Shown here piece by piece: positions 1 through 8,943 of a DNA stretch of 64,000 nt. The notes beneath the pieces are model-generated. The model saw only the letters and a list, made by a program, of their open reading frames with translations. It did no database searches and had not been told where the DNA came from. Each line of letters begins with the position of its first letter. Within the stretch, counting starts at the first letter, position 1. This stretch comes from Oceanispirochaeta sp. (lineage in GTDB: Bacteria; Spirochaetota; Spirochaetia; DSM-2461), in NCBI GenBank assembly GCA_963663385.2, contig CAXXXD010000003.1, forward strand, positions 1,152,001 through 1,216,000, read 5' to 3'. The position numbers and the translations under genes were made by a program.

Positions 1-78
1 AAAATCTCCAAAGGACTGATAAAAATGAAATTTAATACAATATACGTTCTATTAGAAAATGATGGATTAAGGGAGAGG

Positions 79-555
79 GTGCGGAAAGAGCACGTAAATA
101 AAGGAGTCATATTAATCTCCCTCCTCATCCTCCTCTCCGCCTGCGCCACAAACCCTTTCCGCCCCCGGGCCGGACAATTCCTCTCCGATCAGGAGTGGCA
201 GGAGGAAAAAACTCTATACACCTATGTTCCGGGAAAAGTGGAAGTGGAAGCTGATCTTCATGAAAAGGAGATCAGCCGCAGCGCCCTCCGGAACCTGACT
301 CTCCTTCTGGAAGAGGGAAACCGGGAGAATCAGATTCCGGGCGGAAAGACCGCGAAAGCGGATCTTTACCTGAGTGAATACTCCTATATGAAGGACTTCA
401 AGCCCCTTAAAACCCTGACCCTGCATCTAGTTGTATACAGTGAACAGGGGACCCCCCTGTGCAGTTACTACCGCAGTATGGAAACAAAGGAAAGCTTCTT
501 CTCCTCTCCCTATCTGTATAAACAGCTGGAAAAGGGCGTGCGGAAACTGTTCTGA
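79..555 (+). CDS. Lipoprotein of unknown function, first gene of the RND/Ig operon
   Basis: ORF 25..555; in-frame GTG at 79 follows GGGAGAGG; hydrophobic stretch ends in lipobox LSAC; stop overlaps next ATG (TGATG). Confidence 0.75.
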   Translation: MRKEHVNKGVILISLLILLSACATNPFRPRAGQFLSDQEWQEEKTLYTYVPGKVEVEADLHEKEISRSALRNLTLLLEEGNRENQIPGGKTAKADLYLSEYSYMKDFKPLKTLTLHLVVYSEQGTPLCSYYRSMETKESFFSSPYLYKQLEKGVRKLF

Positions 556-1946
556 TGAAGAGAGCCTTTCTTATCCTCTTTACAATTACCTCATCTGTTG
601 TCTACGGAGAAATCCCGACAATCGGCCTCAGCGAAGCGATAGCCCTGGCCGGGGAGCAGAACAGCTCCCTTATCCGGGACAACCTGGAAAGGAACAGCGC
701 CCGGGAGCAGCTGCGGTTTCAGATACGGGATTTTCTGCCCGATCTGGAACTCGGATTCTCCCGCAGCGATTCGGTAACTGTCGGTAGCAGCGATTCCCGG
801 GTAAACAAACTGAGCCTGGGGGTGAACCAGCTGCTATTCGGAGGAGGGCGGGAGCTCCGGGCCTACAGGCAGGCGCGGCGAGAACTGGACCTGAAGGATT
901 TCGCGTCCCTCGCCCTGAGGAATTCGGTAGCCTACCAGGTAACCGGGCAGTACGTGGATGTTCTGAAAAACAGGAAAACCCTGGATATCCTGAATGCCTC
1001 CCGGGAAAACCTGATGAAACAGCTGGAAATCGCCGCTCTGGAGCTGGAGCTGGGGCAGATCCGGCGGGTGGACTACCTGGATATGCAGCTGAAGGAATCG
1101 GAAATACGGCTGACCATTCAGGATACGGAAGAGCAGCTTCTGACCAGCCGCTTTGCCCTTGCCTCGCTGCTGTATCTGACTCTGGAACAGCTGCCACGGC
1201 TGTCGGGCACTCTGAATGACGCCTACCGGGGAACACTGCTGCCCCTGGCTGAAGAGGATGGTTTTATCCGGGCCATGCAGGCCAGGGCAGAGCAGCAGAA
1301 TCAGGATCTTCTGTCACTGGACCGGGAGGAGATCCTTGCCTGTCAGAAGCTGCAGGATGCCCGGCTCTTCTGGCTGCCCCGTATTGAGGCTACGGGAGAT
1401 TTCTCCGTATCCGGGCAGGTCTACCCGCTGGATGAACCGGCCTTCTCTCTGGGGCTGAATTTTGAATTCGATCTTCCCCTGTTGCCTTCTACTGTAGATG
1501 TGCAGGCGGGCAAGGCCAATCCGGACGAAACCAACCGCATGATCAGTACAGGCACGGATCTGCTGGACAATCCCGAAGCCCTTGTCAATCCGAAGAACGC
1601 CCGGACAGCCCTCTATCTCAAGCAGCTGGAAAAGGAGGAGAGCCGCCGTGAGGTCTTCTTCCAGATCCGGTCTATCACGGAGAATCTGCTGATGGCGGGG
1701 GAACGGATAAACCTGCAGAGGGAGAAACTGAATATCCTGAAGGAAAAACTGAATATCCAAAAAACCGAATTGAAGCTGGGAGAGATAACCCGCCTTGAGT
1801 ATGTGGAATCCGAAATAGCCTATTCCCGTGAACAGATCGCGTTTCTCACTACTCTGGTGGAACTGCACAGCGCGGAGGAGGAACTGAAAAATCTCTGTGC
1901 TTTTAATCCCGTGGGGAATCAGGAGGAGAAACTTGTTAATGAATAA
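555..1946 (+). CDS. TolC-family outer membrane factor
   Basis: 463 aa, signal peptide, LSEAIALA, twofold repeat with ELG.I.R.DY/EY motifs; adjacent to adaptor and RND genes. Confidence 0.85.
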   Translation: MKRAFLILFTITSSVVYGEIPTIGLSEAIALAGEQNSSLIRDNLERNSAREQLRFQIRDFLPDLELGFSRSDSVTVGSSDSRVNKLSLGVNQLLFGGGRELRAYRQARRELDLKDFASLALRNSVAYQVTGQYVDVLKNRKTLDILNASRENLMKQLEIAALELELGQIRRVDYLDMQLKESEIRLTIQDTEEQLLTSRFALASLLYLTLEQLPRLSGTLNDAYRGTLLPLAEEDGFIRAMQARAEQQNQDLLSLDREEILACQKLQDARLFWLPRIEATGDFSVSGQVYPLDEPAFSLGLNFEFDLPLLPSTVDVQAGKANPDETNRMISTGTDLLDNPEALVNPKNARTALYLKQLEKEESRREVFFQIRSITENLLMAGERINLQREKLNILKEKLNIQKTELKLGEITRLEYVESEIAYSREQIAFLTTLVELHSAEEELKNLCAFNPVGNQEEKLVNE

Positions 1947-3294
1947 ACTCACAATTCCGGCCGTACTCCTGTGGGCCTGCCTTCTGCTGCTGTTTTCCTG
2001 CAGCCCGGAAAATAAACAAGAGACGGAACAGGCCGGCAGCGCCCAGTATACGCCTGCCGTTGAGATCGGCCGCTGTACCCTCAGGGATTATGCGGAGTCC
2101 TACGAAACATTCGGGACCATCTCTTATGTAACCAAAGCGGATGTTTTCCCCATGTCAAACGAGGTTATCCGGAAAATGTATTTTGAAGAAGGGGACAGTG
2201 TCCGGAAGGGGGATATCCTGGCCAGGCTGAACCCTCAGAAGCTGGAAATTCAGATCAGGGAAGCCGCAGCGGGAGTCAGAATACGGGAGACAGGGCTGAA
2301 TCTGGCCCGTCAGCAGCTGGAAGAGGGACGGCGTAATATGGAGGCTCAGTTTCTAACCATTGAAAATGCCCGGCTGGAACTGCAGAAAAAAGAGGCGGAT
2401 CTGGAACGGCTGGGAAGTGTATACGAAAACAAGAAGCAGCTCTTTGAGATTAACGGTATCAGCCGGGAAGAGATGGCGTCGCTGGAACTGGATTTTTTTG
2501 AGAAGGAACTGGAAGTCAGGCAGAGCCGGAGCAATCTGGCTGTAAAAATGATCGGTTACAGGGATGAGGACCTGCTTGAAGCGGGGTATATTCTGCCTGA
2601 TACGGAAGCGGAGAAAATTGAACTTTTTCTGGACTGTAATACGCGGATGCTTCAGGCGGAGGTGGAGGTGGCCGAAGCGGAACTGGAAGCGGCCCGCAGT
2701 CAACAGGAAACCCTGGAACTTTACCTCTCCGAAACGGCCGTCAGGGCCCCCATAAGCGGGCTGATCGGGCAGAAGTATATGGAAGAGGGGGAGAAGGTTT
2801 CAACGGAAAAGCCCTTGTATATGATCTACCCCGACAGGGAAGTCTATGCTCTGGCCGAGGTGGGAGAAAACGATCTGCTCCGCCTTGAAAAGGGGCAGCA
2901 GGCGCAGATCCTTACGGATACGTCAAACCAGGTTAAAACCGGTACTATTGAAAAAATATCCCCCTGGGTCAAACAGGAAAACCGCTGCGGTACGGTCAAG
3001 ATCCATCTGGAGAACGGGGATGCCTTTTTCAGGGTCGGTCAGTTTATCAGAATAGCCATTTATCTGAGTGAAGAAAAACAAACGCTTATGATCCCCGAAG
3101 AGGCGGTGCTTTTTGATGGAGAGACTCCCTATGCCTACAGCCTCAGGGGGAACCGAATTTTCCGGCGGGATCTGGAGTGCGGTAAGAAACTGGAGAGCGA
3201 AAGGCCCGTATGGAGCGGACTGGACCGGGATGACAGGATTGTCCTGAACCCGCGGGAGAGCTTCCGGGACGGTATGGAGGTTGTCATCCAATGA
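1939..3294 (+). CDS. RND periplasmic adaptor (membrane fusion protein), lipoprotein with long coiled coil
   Basis: ATG 1939 after AGGAGGAG; lipobox LFSC; lipoyl half-motifs EEGDSVRKGDILARL and VRAPISGLI; C-terminal IPEEAV and SGL. Confidence 0.88.
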   Translation: MNKLTIPAVLLWACLLLLFSCSPENKQETEQAGSAQYTPAVEIGRCTLRDYAESYETFGTISYVTKADVFPMSNEVIRKMYFEEGDSVRKGDILARLNPQKLEIQIREAAAGVRIRETGLNLARQQLEEGRRNMEAQFLTIENARLELQKKEADLERLGSVYENKKQLFEINGISREEMASLELDFFEKELEVRQSRSNLAVKMIGYRDEDLLEAGYILPDTEAEKIELFLDCNTRMLQAEVEVAEAELEAARSQQETLELYLSETAVRAPISGLIGQKYMEEGEKVSTEKPLYMIYPDREVYALAEVGENDLLRLEKGQQAQILTDTSNQVKTGTIEKISPWVKQENRCGTVKIHLENGDAFFRVGQFIRIAIYLSEEKQTLMIPEEAVLFDGETPYAYSLRGNRIFRRDLECGKKLESERPVWSGLDRDDRIVLNPRESFRDGMEVVIQ

Positions 3295-4724
3295 AAATAA
3301 GGCGGCTGTATTCCGGTTTCCTCGTGATTTCCGCTGTTTTTCTCTCCTGTTCCCTGATTGATCTGGATCCGGACGAAGTCTGTACCCTGAACCCATCGAA
3401 GGATTATCAGGTACTGGCTGCGGATGAAGATATCACGCTGGAATTCCGGGATAAACCGAACCGGTATACGGTGGAGCAGATTATCACTATCAGCAGTGCA
3501 GACCGTAAGCAGGACTGCCATTTCCTGTGGCAGGATGACGATCGGCTGACAGTCGATCCGGTAAAAGAACTGATTCCCGGAATCCGCTATGAAATAAGTG
3601 TGGACGGATACTTTGAGAGCCGGAACGGGAGAAGTCTGGAGGCGGATATCCACAGACCTTTTTACTATCTGAGCGAGGACTACAGCCCTCTTCAGCTGCT
3701 TTCCATGGCACCCGGTGAGGGAGGTACCATTTCGGACGGTGAATCCCTTGTTCTGGAGTTTAACAGGGCCCCGGACGAAGCTGCCCTGATCAAGGACCTT
3801 TCCCTTTCTCCTGATACGGCTTATACCTGTTCTCTGGAAGATATGACTCTGACAATCACACCGGAAGAAAAATGGACCAATCTGACAGATTATACCCTGA
3901 AACTGAGCAGCGAACTCCATGATGCGGAGGCTGTTCCCCTGGATCCGGAAGTAGAGAGAACCTTCAGGGTCTGTGCCGATACGGATCTGCCGGCGGTAAC
4001 GGCCTGCGGGGCTGCAGACAATGATCGATCAGCCAGGTTTCCCTATAAGTCCTTTGAAGCGGATCTGCTCCGGTATACTGACGCTGTAAGGATCAGCTTC
4101 TCAGAGGATATGGACAGGGGCAGTGTAGAGAATGCGTTCTCTCTGACCCCGAACTTATCCGGCGATCTGTACTGGGACAGTGACCGTTGCCTGATATTTG
4201 TTCCGGAAACCGGCTGGGTTATGAACACGGAGTACACTCTCCGGATAGCAGAAGATGCCGAAAACCCGGCGGGATTAAGCCTGGAAGAGGATTACGAGTC
4301 CGTTTTTCTTCCGGATATAGAACCCCTTGATCTTGCTTCTCTTGAGTGCCTGGATAACTCTCTGGTTCTGAACAGCTACAGTTCGTCCGCTCCTGTGGAT
4401 CTGCCGGAAAACGGTCCTTCTCCCTATGAACTGACATTCCGGTTTACATTTTCCAGACCCATTGTTACGGACCGGGAAAAGCAGGATGTCCAGAACAGCA
4501 TCAGTTTATATGAAACATTCAGCTCCGACGGCAGCCCCCGGCAATCCCAGTGCACATGGGGAAGCAGTTACGCCCTGACCATCATCTATACTGGATTCAA
4601 TTCCACAGCCGACCGGGAACACTACTATCTGCTGGAGATCAAGGGGAGTGAAGAAGGAATCAGAAACGATGAGGGCAGTTTTATGCCGGAAACAGTCAAG
4701 CAGCTGTTCAGGACAAAATCATGA
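3291..4724 (+). CDS. Ig-like (Big_5/SbsA-type) repeat lipoprotein
   Basis: Lipobox FLSC; about three repeats of I.L.F..(P/M)...SVE.AF.L.P......W.....L...P.......Y.L.I; ATGA overlaps at both ends. Confidence 0.8.
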   Translation: MKIRRLYSGFLVISAVFLSCSLIDLDPDEVCTLNPSKDYQVLAADEDITLEFRDKPNRYTVEQIITISSADRKQDCHFLWQDDDRLTVDPVKELIPGIRYEISVDGYFESRNGRSLEADIHRPFYYLSEDYSPLQLLSMAPGEGGTISDGESLVLEFNRAPDEAALIKDLSLSPDTAYTCSLEDMTLTITPEEKWTNLTDYTLKLSSELHDAEAVPLDPEVERTFRVCADTDLPAVTACGAADNDRSARFPYKSFEADLLRYTDAVRISFSEDMDRGSVENAFSLTPNLSGDLYWDSDRCLIFVPETGWVMNTEYTLRIAEDAENPAGLSLEEDYESVFLPDIEPLDLASLECLDNSLVLNSYSSSAPVDLPENGPSPYELTFRFTFSRPIVTDREKQDVQNSISLYETFSSDGSPRQSQCTWGSSYALTIIYTGFNSTADREHYYLLEIKGSEEGIRNDEGSFMPETVKQLFRTKS

Positions 4725-6127
4725 AAAGAACCGTTTTAATTTGTCTCTTTCTGATTTCTCTGGCCAGCTGTAAATGGATGGACGATCTACAGCATATGTC
4801 TGCTCCCGAAATTACCTCCATTGAACCGGAGGGGGAAATCCTGGAAGCGGATAGAATTGATAGTATAGCTATCAAGTTCTCAGCTAAGATGAACAGGCCA
4901 TCGGTAGAAGCCGCTTTCCTCCTGAATGACGAGTTTGAAGGAGATCTGGACGGCGTATTCAGCTGGGAGGAAAACAGGATGCAATTCACCCCCTATTACG
5001 GTTTCGCTCCGGACAGGGAGTACAGGATCAGCCTGAAGAAGGATGCCGAGGACAGTTATGGAAACTCACTTGAACGGGACTGGTTCCACCTTTTCTCAAC
5101 AGGTTCGGATACGGTTTCTCCCGTACTCCTGTCTACGGATCCTGAAGATTTCTCCGCTTTAACGGGTAAACGGCAGGAACTGGTTATAACTTTTTCGGAA
5201 GCAGTGGATAAGGAGAGTTTTCGCGCTTCCCTCAGTATCACTCCGGATATTACAGTAAATCAGGAGTGGAGCGATACGGGAGATAGCATAACTATCATTC
5301 CTCTTGAGGACTATGAAGAGGGGGAGGATTACAGGATAACTCTCTCGACAGATCTGGAAGACTTATACAGCAATGCGCTGGAAGAGGACGTGGAACTCTA
5401 CTATAAAGCCTGGACCCTGACGGACCTGCTGCTGACTTCCTTTACAGTAGATACATCCTCAGAGCTGCTGGATTACACCAGTGATAGTGAAGCTATCAAT
5501 GAAGGGCTGTTTCAGGGTAATCGCCTGCAGGGAACCCTGAACAGGGCTGCGGACTATGAAGAACGGAACAACCTGATTACCCTTAAGCCGTCGCTTCTGT
5601 ACAGCATTGACTGGAGTGAAGATTATACCGCATTTGATCTCACTTTTGATGAATCTCCCGTCTATAACGGCTACTATGATCTTTCTGTTCTGGATAGAGT
5701 CTATGTCCTTCATATGAACGGAGAGGAAGGCATTCCCTACAGCGTCTCGGCTGTAAACTTCTGTCCCGACTCCACAGCTGGATCTCCCGTTTTCACACCA
5801 TTAAGCCTGAATTCCAATCTGGGAGCCATAGACGGGACGACGGCCTTTTTCGATTTCTACATACAGCATCCTCCTTCGGATGTCCCGGATCTCTCAAAGT
5901 TTATAGACGCTTTAAGCATTGAGTCTTCTGTCATTACATGGGATTACCTGTCTGTAGAAGTTTTTGACGGTACACAGACTCCTGCCCCCCAGCCGGTTCC
6001 GGAAGAGGGTGCCAGCCTGATCCGCCTGTATACGGAGGTAAACTACCCCGGTCTTCCGGGTATTGTGAATCTCTCGCTGGATGAAACCTTCTGTCCCAGG
6101 TGGACCCTTACGGTGAGTCTGCACTGA
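4721..6127 (+). CDS. Ig-like (Big_5/SbsA-type) repeat lipoprotein
   Basis: Lipobox LASC; repeats IKFSAKMNRPSVE...YRISL..DAEDSYGNSL and ITFSEAVD...YRITLSTDLEDLYSNAL; very acidic. Confidence 0.8.
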   Translation: MKRTVLICLFLISLASCKWMDDLQHMSAPEITSIEPEGEILEADRIDSIAIKFSAKMNRPSVEAAFLLNDEFEGDLDGVFSWEENRMQFTPYYGFAPDREYRISLKKDAEDSYGNSLERDWFHLFSTGSDTVSPVLLSTDPEDFSALTGKRQELVITFSEAVDKESFRASLSITPDITVNQEWSDTGDSITIIPLEDYEEGEDYRITLSTDLEDLYSNALEEDVELYYKAWTLTDLLLTSFTVDTSSELLDYTSDSEAINEGLFQGNRLQGTLNRAADYEERNNLITLKPSLLYSIDWSEDYTAFDLTFDESPVYNGYYDLSVLDRVYVLHMNGEEGIPYSVSAVNFCPDSTAGSPVFTPLSLNSNLGAIDGTTAFFDFYIQHPPSDVPDLSKFIDALSIESSVITWDYLSVEVFDGTQTPAPQPVPEEGASLIRLYTEVNYPGLPGIVNLSLDETFCPRWTLTVSLH

Positions 6128-8943
6128 TGCTGCTGGAACAACCGGGGCGGCATCCCGTGTCCGTAATAATGGTATTTACGGCTCTTCTTCTGTTCGGAAT
6201 AGTCTCGTACAGCCAGCTGAATCTGGAAGAGCTGCCTGAGATATCCGTACCCTATATCAATGTGGTATGTGAATACCCGGCTTTCCCTCCTGATGAAATT
6301 GAACAGCTTCTGACGATCCCTCTGGAAAATGCCCTCTCCGGCGTTAAGGGCGTAAAGGATATGACCTCCCTCTCCGGTGACGGGTTATCCTCGGTGAGTC
6401 TCCGGTTTGACTGGGATGCGGATATGGATGAAGCGGCTCTGGATGTGCGGGAGGCAATTGACTCGGTCTACCCCTATCTCCCCGAGGGGGTATCCAAGCC
6501 GCTGGTATTCAAAGAGAACCTTTCGGATAAACCGGTGATGAAGCTGGTCTGCTTCCCCGCTGAAGGGGTGGAACCGGATGATCTCTATATTCCTGTAAAA
6601 TATGAACTGGCAAACCGTCTGCGGGAAATACGGGAGATAGGCAGAATCAGGCTGGGAGGATTGCGTAAACCCGAAATCCACATTCAGACGGATATGGAGC
6701 AGCTTTATGAATTGAACCTGTCCGTATCGGAGCTCGGCTCCCGTATCGGACACTATATAGTCGATCTGCCTGTCGGGAAGATAAGCGAATCCGGGCGGGA
6801 GCGCCTGGTAAGGATCGATTCAAAGCTGACAGATCCTTCCGATCTGGAAAAACTGCCGCTTCAGGACGGCAGTTCCCTTACCGTCGGGGATATTGCGGCC
6901 GTAAGGTGGGAAAGCGAAGACCCCACATCCCTGTTCTTCCATAAAGGAAAAGCCGCCGTAAGCCTGGAGATATATAAATCAGGCAGTGCGGGAACAGTGG
7001 AAGCGGCCGCCCGGATCAGGGAACTTCTTCCGGAGTTGAATGAACAGTATAAGGACCGTTTCACCCTGATTGTTCTGAAGGACTCCTCCCGCAGTATTTC
7101 CCGTTCCGTAAGGTCCCTTCTTATCTCCCTTTTTCTGGGATTAACGGCAGCAGCGGGGGTTCTGTTCTTTCTGTACAGAGGCATCAGTATCCCCGGAATA
7201 ACGGCCCTGACCATTCCCCTCACGCTGATTATTCTGTTCTTTATCCTTTATATTCTGGATATTTCCCTGAATCTGGTTTCCCTTCTGGGGATGATAATCG
7301 GTATCGGGCTGATTGCCGATAATACCATTATTGTCCTTGAAGCGCTTAATGAGAACGGATCCTGTCCCCCCGAAGAGAGCGGCCGCATCCTGAGGGGAAT
7401 TTCTCCCGCCGTATTCTCTTCCTCTCTGACAACCGTTCTTGTTTTCCTTCCCCCCCTGTTTCTGCCGGGAGCTGTTTCCGCTCTGTTCCGGGACCTTATT
7501 TTTACCGTAATAGCCCTGATTATCCTGTCTTTTTTTGTTTCCCATTTTTTTGCTCCCGCCTGCCTCTTTCTGCTGTGTGCCCGCACAAAAGAGGGGGAGC
7601 GAAGAGGTAAATCCTGCTCTTTTCTTATCACGGGAGTAAAACGATACAGACAGCTGCTCGGCGCATCCCTGGATCTTTCCCCCAAAGGAAGACACATTCC
7701 CCGGGGAGTCTATATTCTGATTCTCTGTTTTACTGTTCTTATGGTTGTTATTCTTCCCCATGAACTACTCCCGGAGTCGGGAAACAGGGAGTATACCATT
7801 GAGATTTCCCTTCCCGGGGAGTGGGATGTTGAGAGAATCGGGAAGGAGTGCGTCTGGCTGACCGCTCAGCTGGAGCAGTTTGTCCCGCAGGGTCGGATCA
7901 GCATCTCCGCCGGGTATGAAAAGGACTCCATCCGGGACAGAAGCCGGCCGGCCTGTCATCTGCATAAACTGGATATCTCCCTGTCAGTGGATGAGGGGTA
8001 TCCGTTTCCGGAATCCGGAGAACTTAAACAGTTCTTTGCAGCTCTGGGGTATCCGGAGGTCCAGCTGCGTAGCATCCGGAATTCAGTGGAGACAGCTCTC
8101 CTTCCGTCCCTGGCAAGGCAGGGCGATGAAACCCGGCCGGTGCTGCGATTTTCTCCCCATGATAAAAGCCTTCAGGCCTCCGGATGGACCGCAGCCGCCC
8201 TGCAGCAGGAGCTGGGTGCTTTAATACAGGGCATTAAGGCGGGAGAGGTCCCTTATGACAGGGAAAAGATCGCCATACGAATTCGGGCGGATGAAAAATA
8301 CCGTTCCACCCCTGACGCTATCCGGCGGATCAGACTGAAAAAGGGCGATCAGTGGTCTCTTCTGGATGATCTCCTACAGGTGGAACAGACAAGGGAAGAG
8401 CGGGAGCTGATAAGAGAAAACAGGGGGAACGGAGCCTGTAATGCGAACCTGTTCGACAAAGGTGTTTTTCTCCGTTTGTATACTTTTGCGCTCATTCTGA
8501 TTTTCCTTGTTCTGGGAATACAGACCGAATCCCTCAAACGGGCCTCCCTTCTGATGCTGTCCTTTCCCGTTTCTCTGGCCGGATCCCTGATTTTCCTCGG
8601 TATCTTCCGATACAGCCTGAATATCTACAGTTTTATGGGAATCCTCATCCTGCAGGGAACCATCATCAATACGGGTATCCTCCTGCTGGACGGGCTGAAA
8701 GGAGGGGACAGAGCCGAAGTTCTGAGAGTTACCTCCCGCCGGATCAGACCGGTTGCGGCTACCACCGGGACAACGGTCTGCGCCCTTGTCCCCGTTCTTT
8801 TCCAGTCCCTTCTCCGAGGCGATGCGACAGGGGCCATGGCGGCAGCCGTGATAGGCGGTATGCTAACGGGAACCCCTCTGATCCTTTATTATATACCCCT
8901 GTTCCATTATCAGATAACCCGGATAGACAATAAAACTAGATGA
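6127..8943 (+). CDS. RND transporter permease subunit 1 (AcrB/MdtB-like, short)
   Basis: ATG 6127 overlaps upstream TGA; HPVSVIM, ELPEIS.P, EIEQLLTIPLENAL, TM4 GLIADNTIIVLE, TM11 RIRPV..T. Confidence 0.88.
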   Translation: MLLEQPGRHPVSVIMVFTALLLFGIVSYSQLNLEELPEISVPYINVVCEYPAFPPDEIEQLLTIPLENALSGVKGVKDMTSLSGDGLSSVSLRFDWDADMDEAALDVREAIDSVYPYLPEGVSKPLVFKENLSDKPVMKLVCFPAEGVEPDDLYIPVKYELANRLREIREIGRIRLGGLRKPEIHIQTDMEQLYELNLSVSELGSRIGHYIVDLPVGKISESGRERLVRIDSKLTDPSDLEKLPLQDGSSLTVGDIAAVRWESEDPTSLFFHKGKAAVSLEIYKSGSAGTVEAAARIRELLPELNEQYKDRFTLIVLKDSSRSISRSVRSLLISLFLGLTAAAGVLFFLYRGISIPGITALTIPLTLIILFFILYILDISLNLVSLLGMIIGIGLIADNTIIVLEALNENGSCPPEESGRILRGISPAVFSSSLTTVLVFLPPLFLPGAVSALFRDLIFTVIALIILSFFVSHFFAPACLFLLCARTKEGERRGKSCSFLITGVKRYRQLLGASLDLSPKGRHIPRGVYILILCFTVLMVVILPHELLPESGNREYTIEISLPGEWDVERIGKECVWLTAQLEQFVPQGRISISAGYEKDSIRDRSRPACHLHKLDISLSVDEGYPFPESGELKQFFAALGYPEVQLRSIRNSVETALLPSLARQGDETRPVLRFSPHDKSLQASGWTAAALQQELGALIQGIKAGEVPYDREKIAIRIRADEKYRSTPDAIRRIRLKKGDQWSLLDDLLQVEQTREERELIRENRGNGACNANLFDKGVFLRLYTFALILIFLVLGIQTESLKRASLLMLSFPVSLAGSLIFLGIFRYSLNIYSFMGILILQGTIINTGILLLDGLKGGDRAEVLRVTSRRIRPVAATTGTTVCALVPVLFQSLLRGDATGAMAAAVIGGMLTGTPLILYYIPLFHYQITRIDNKTR

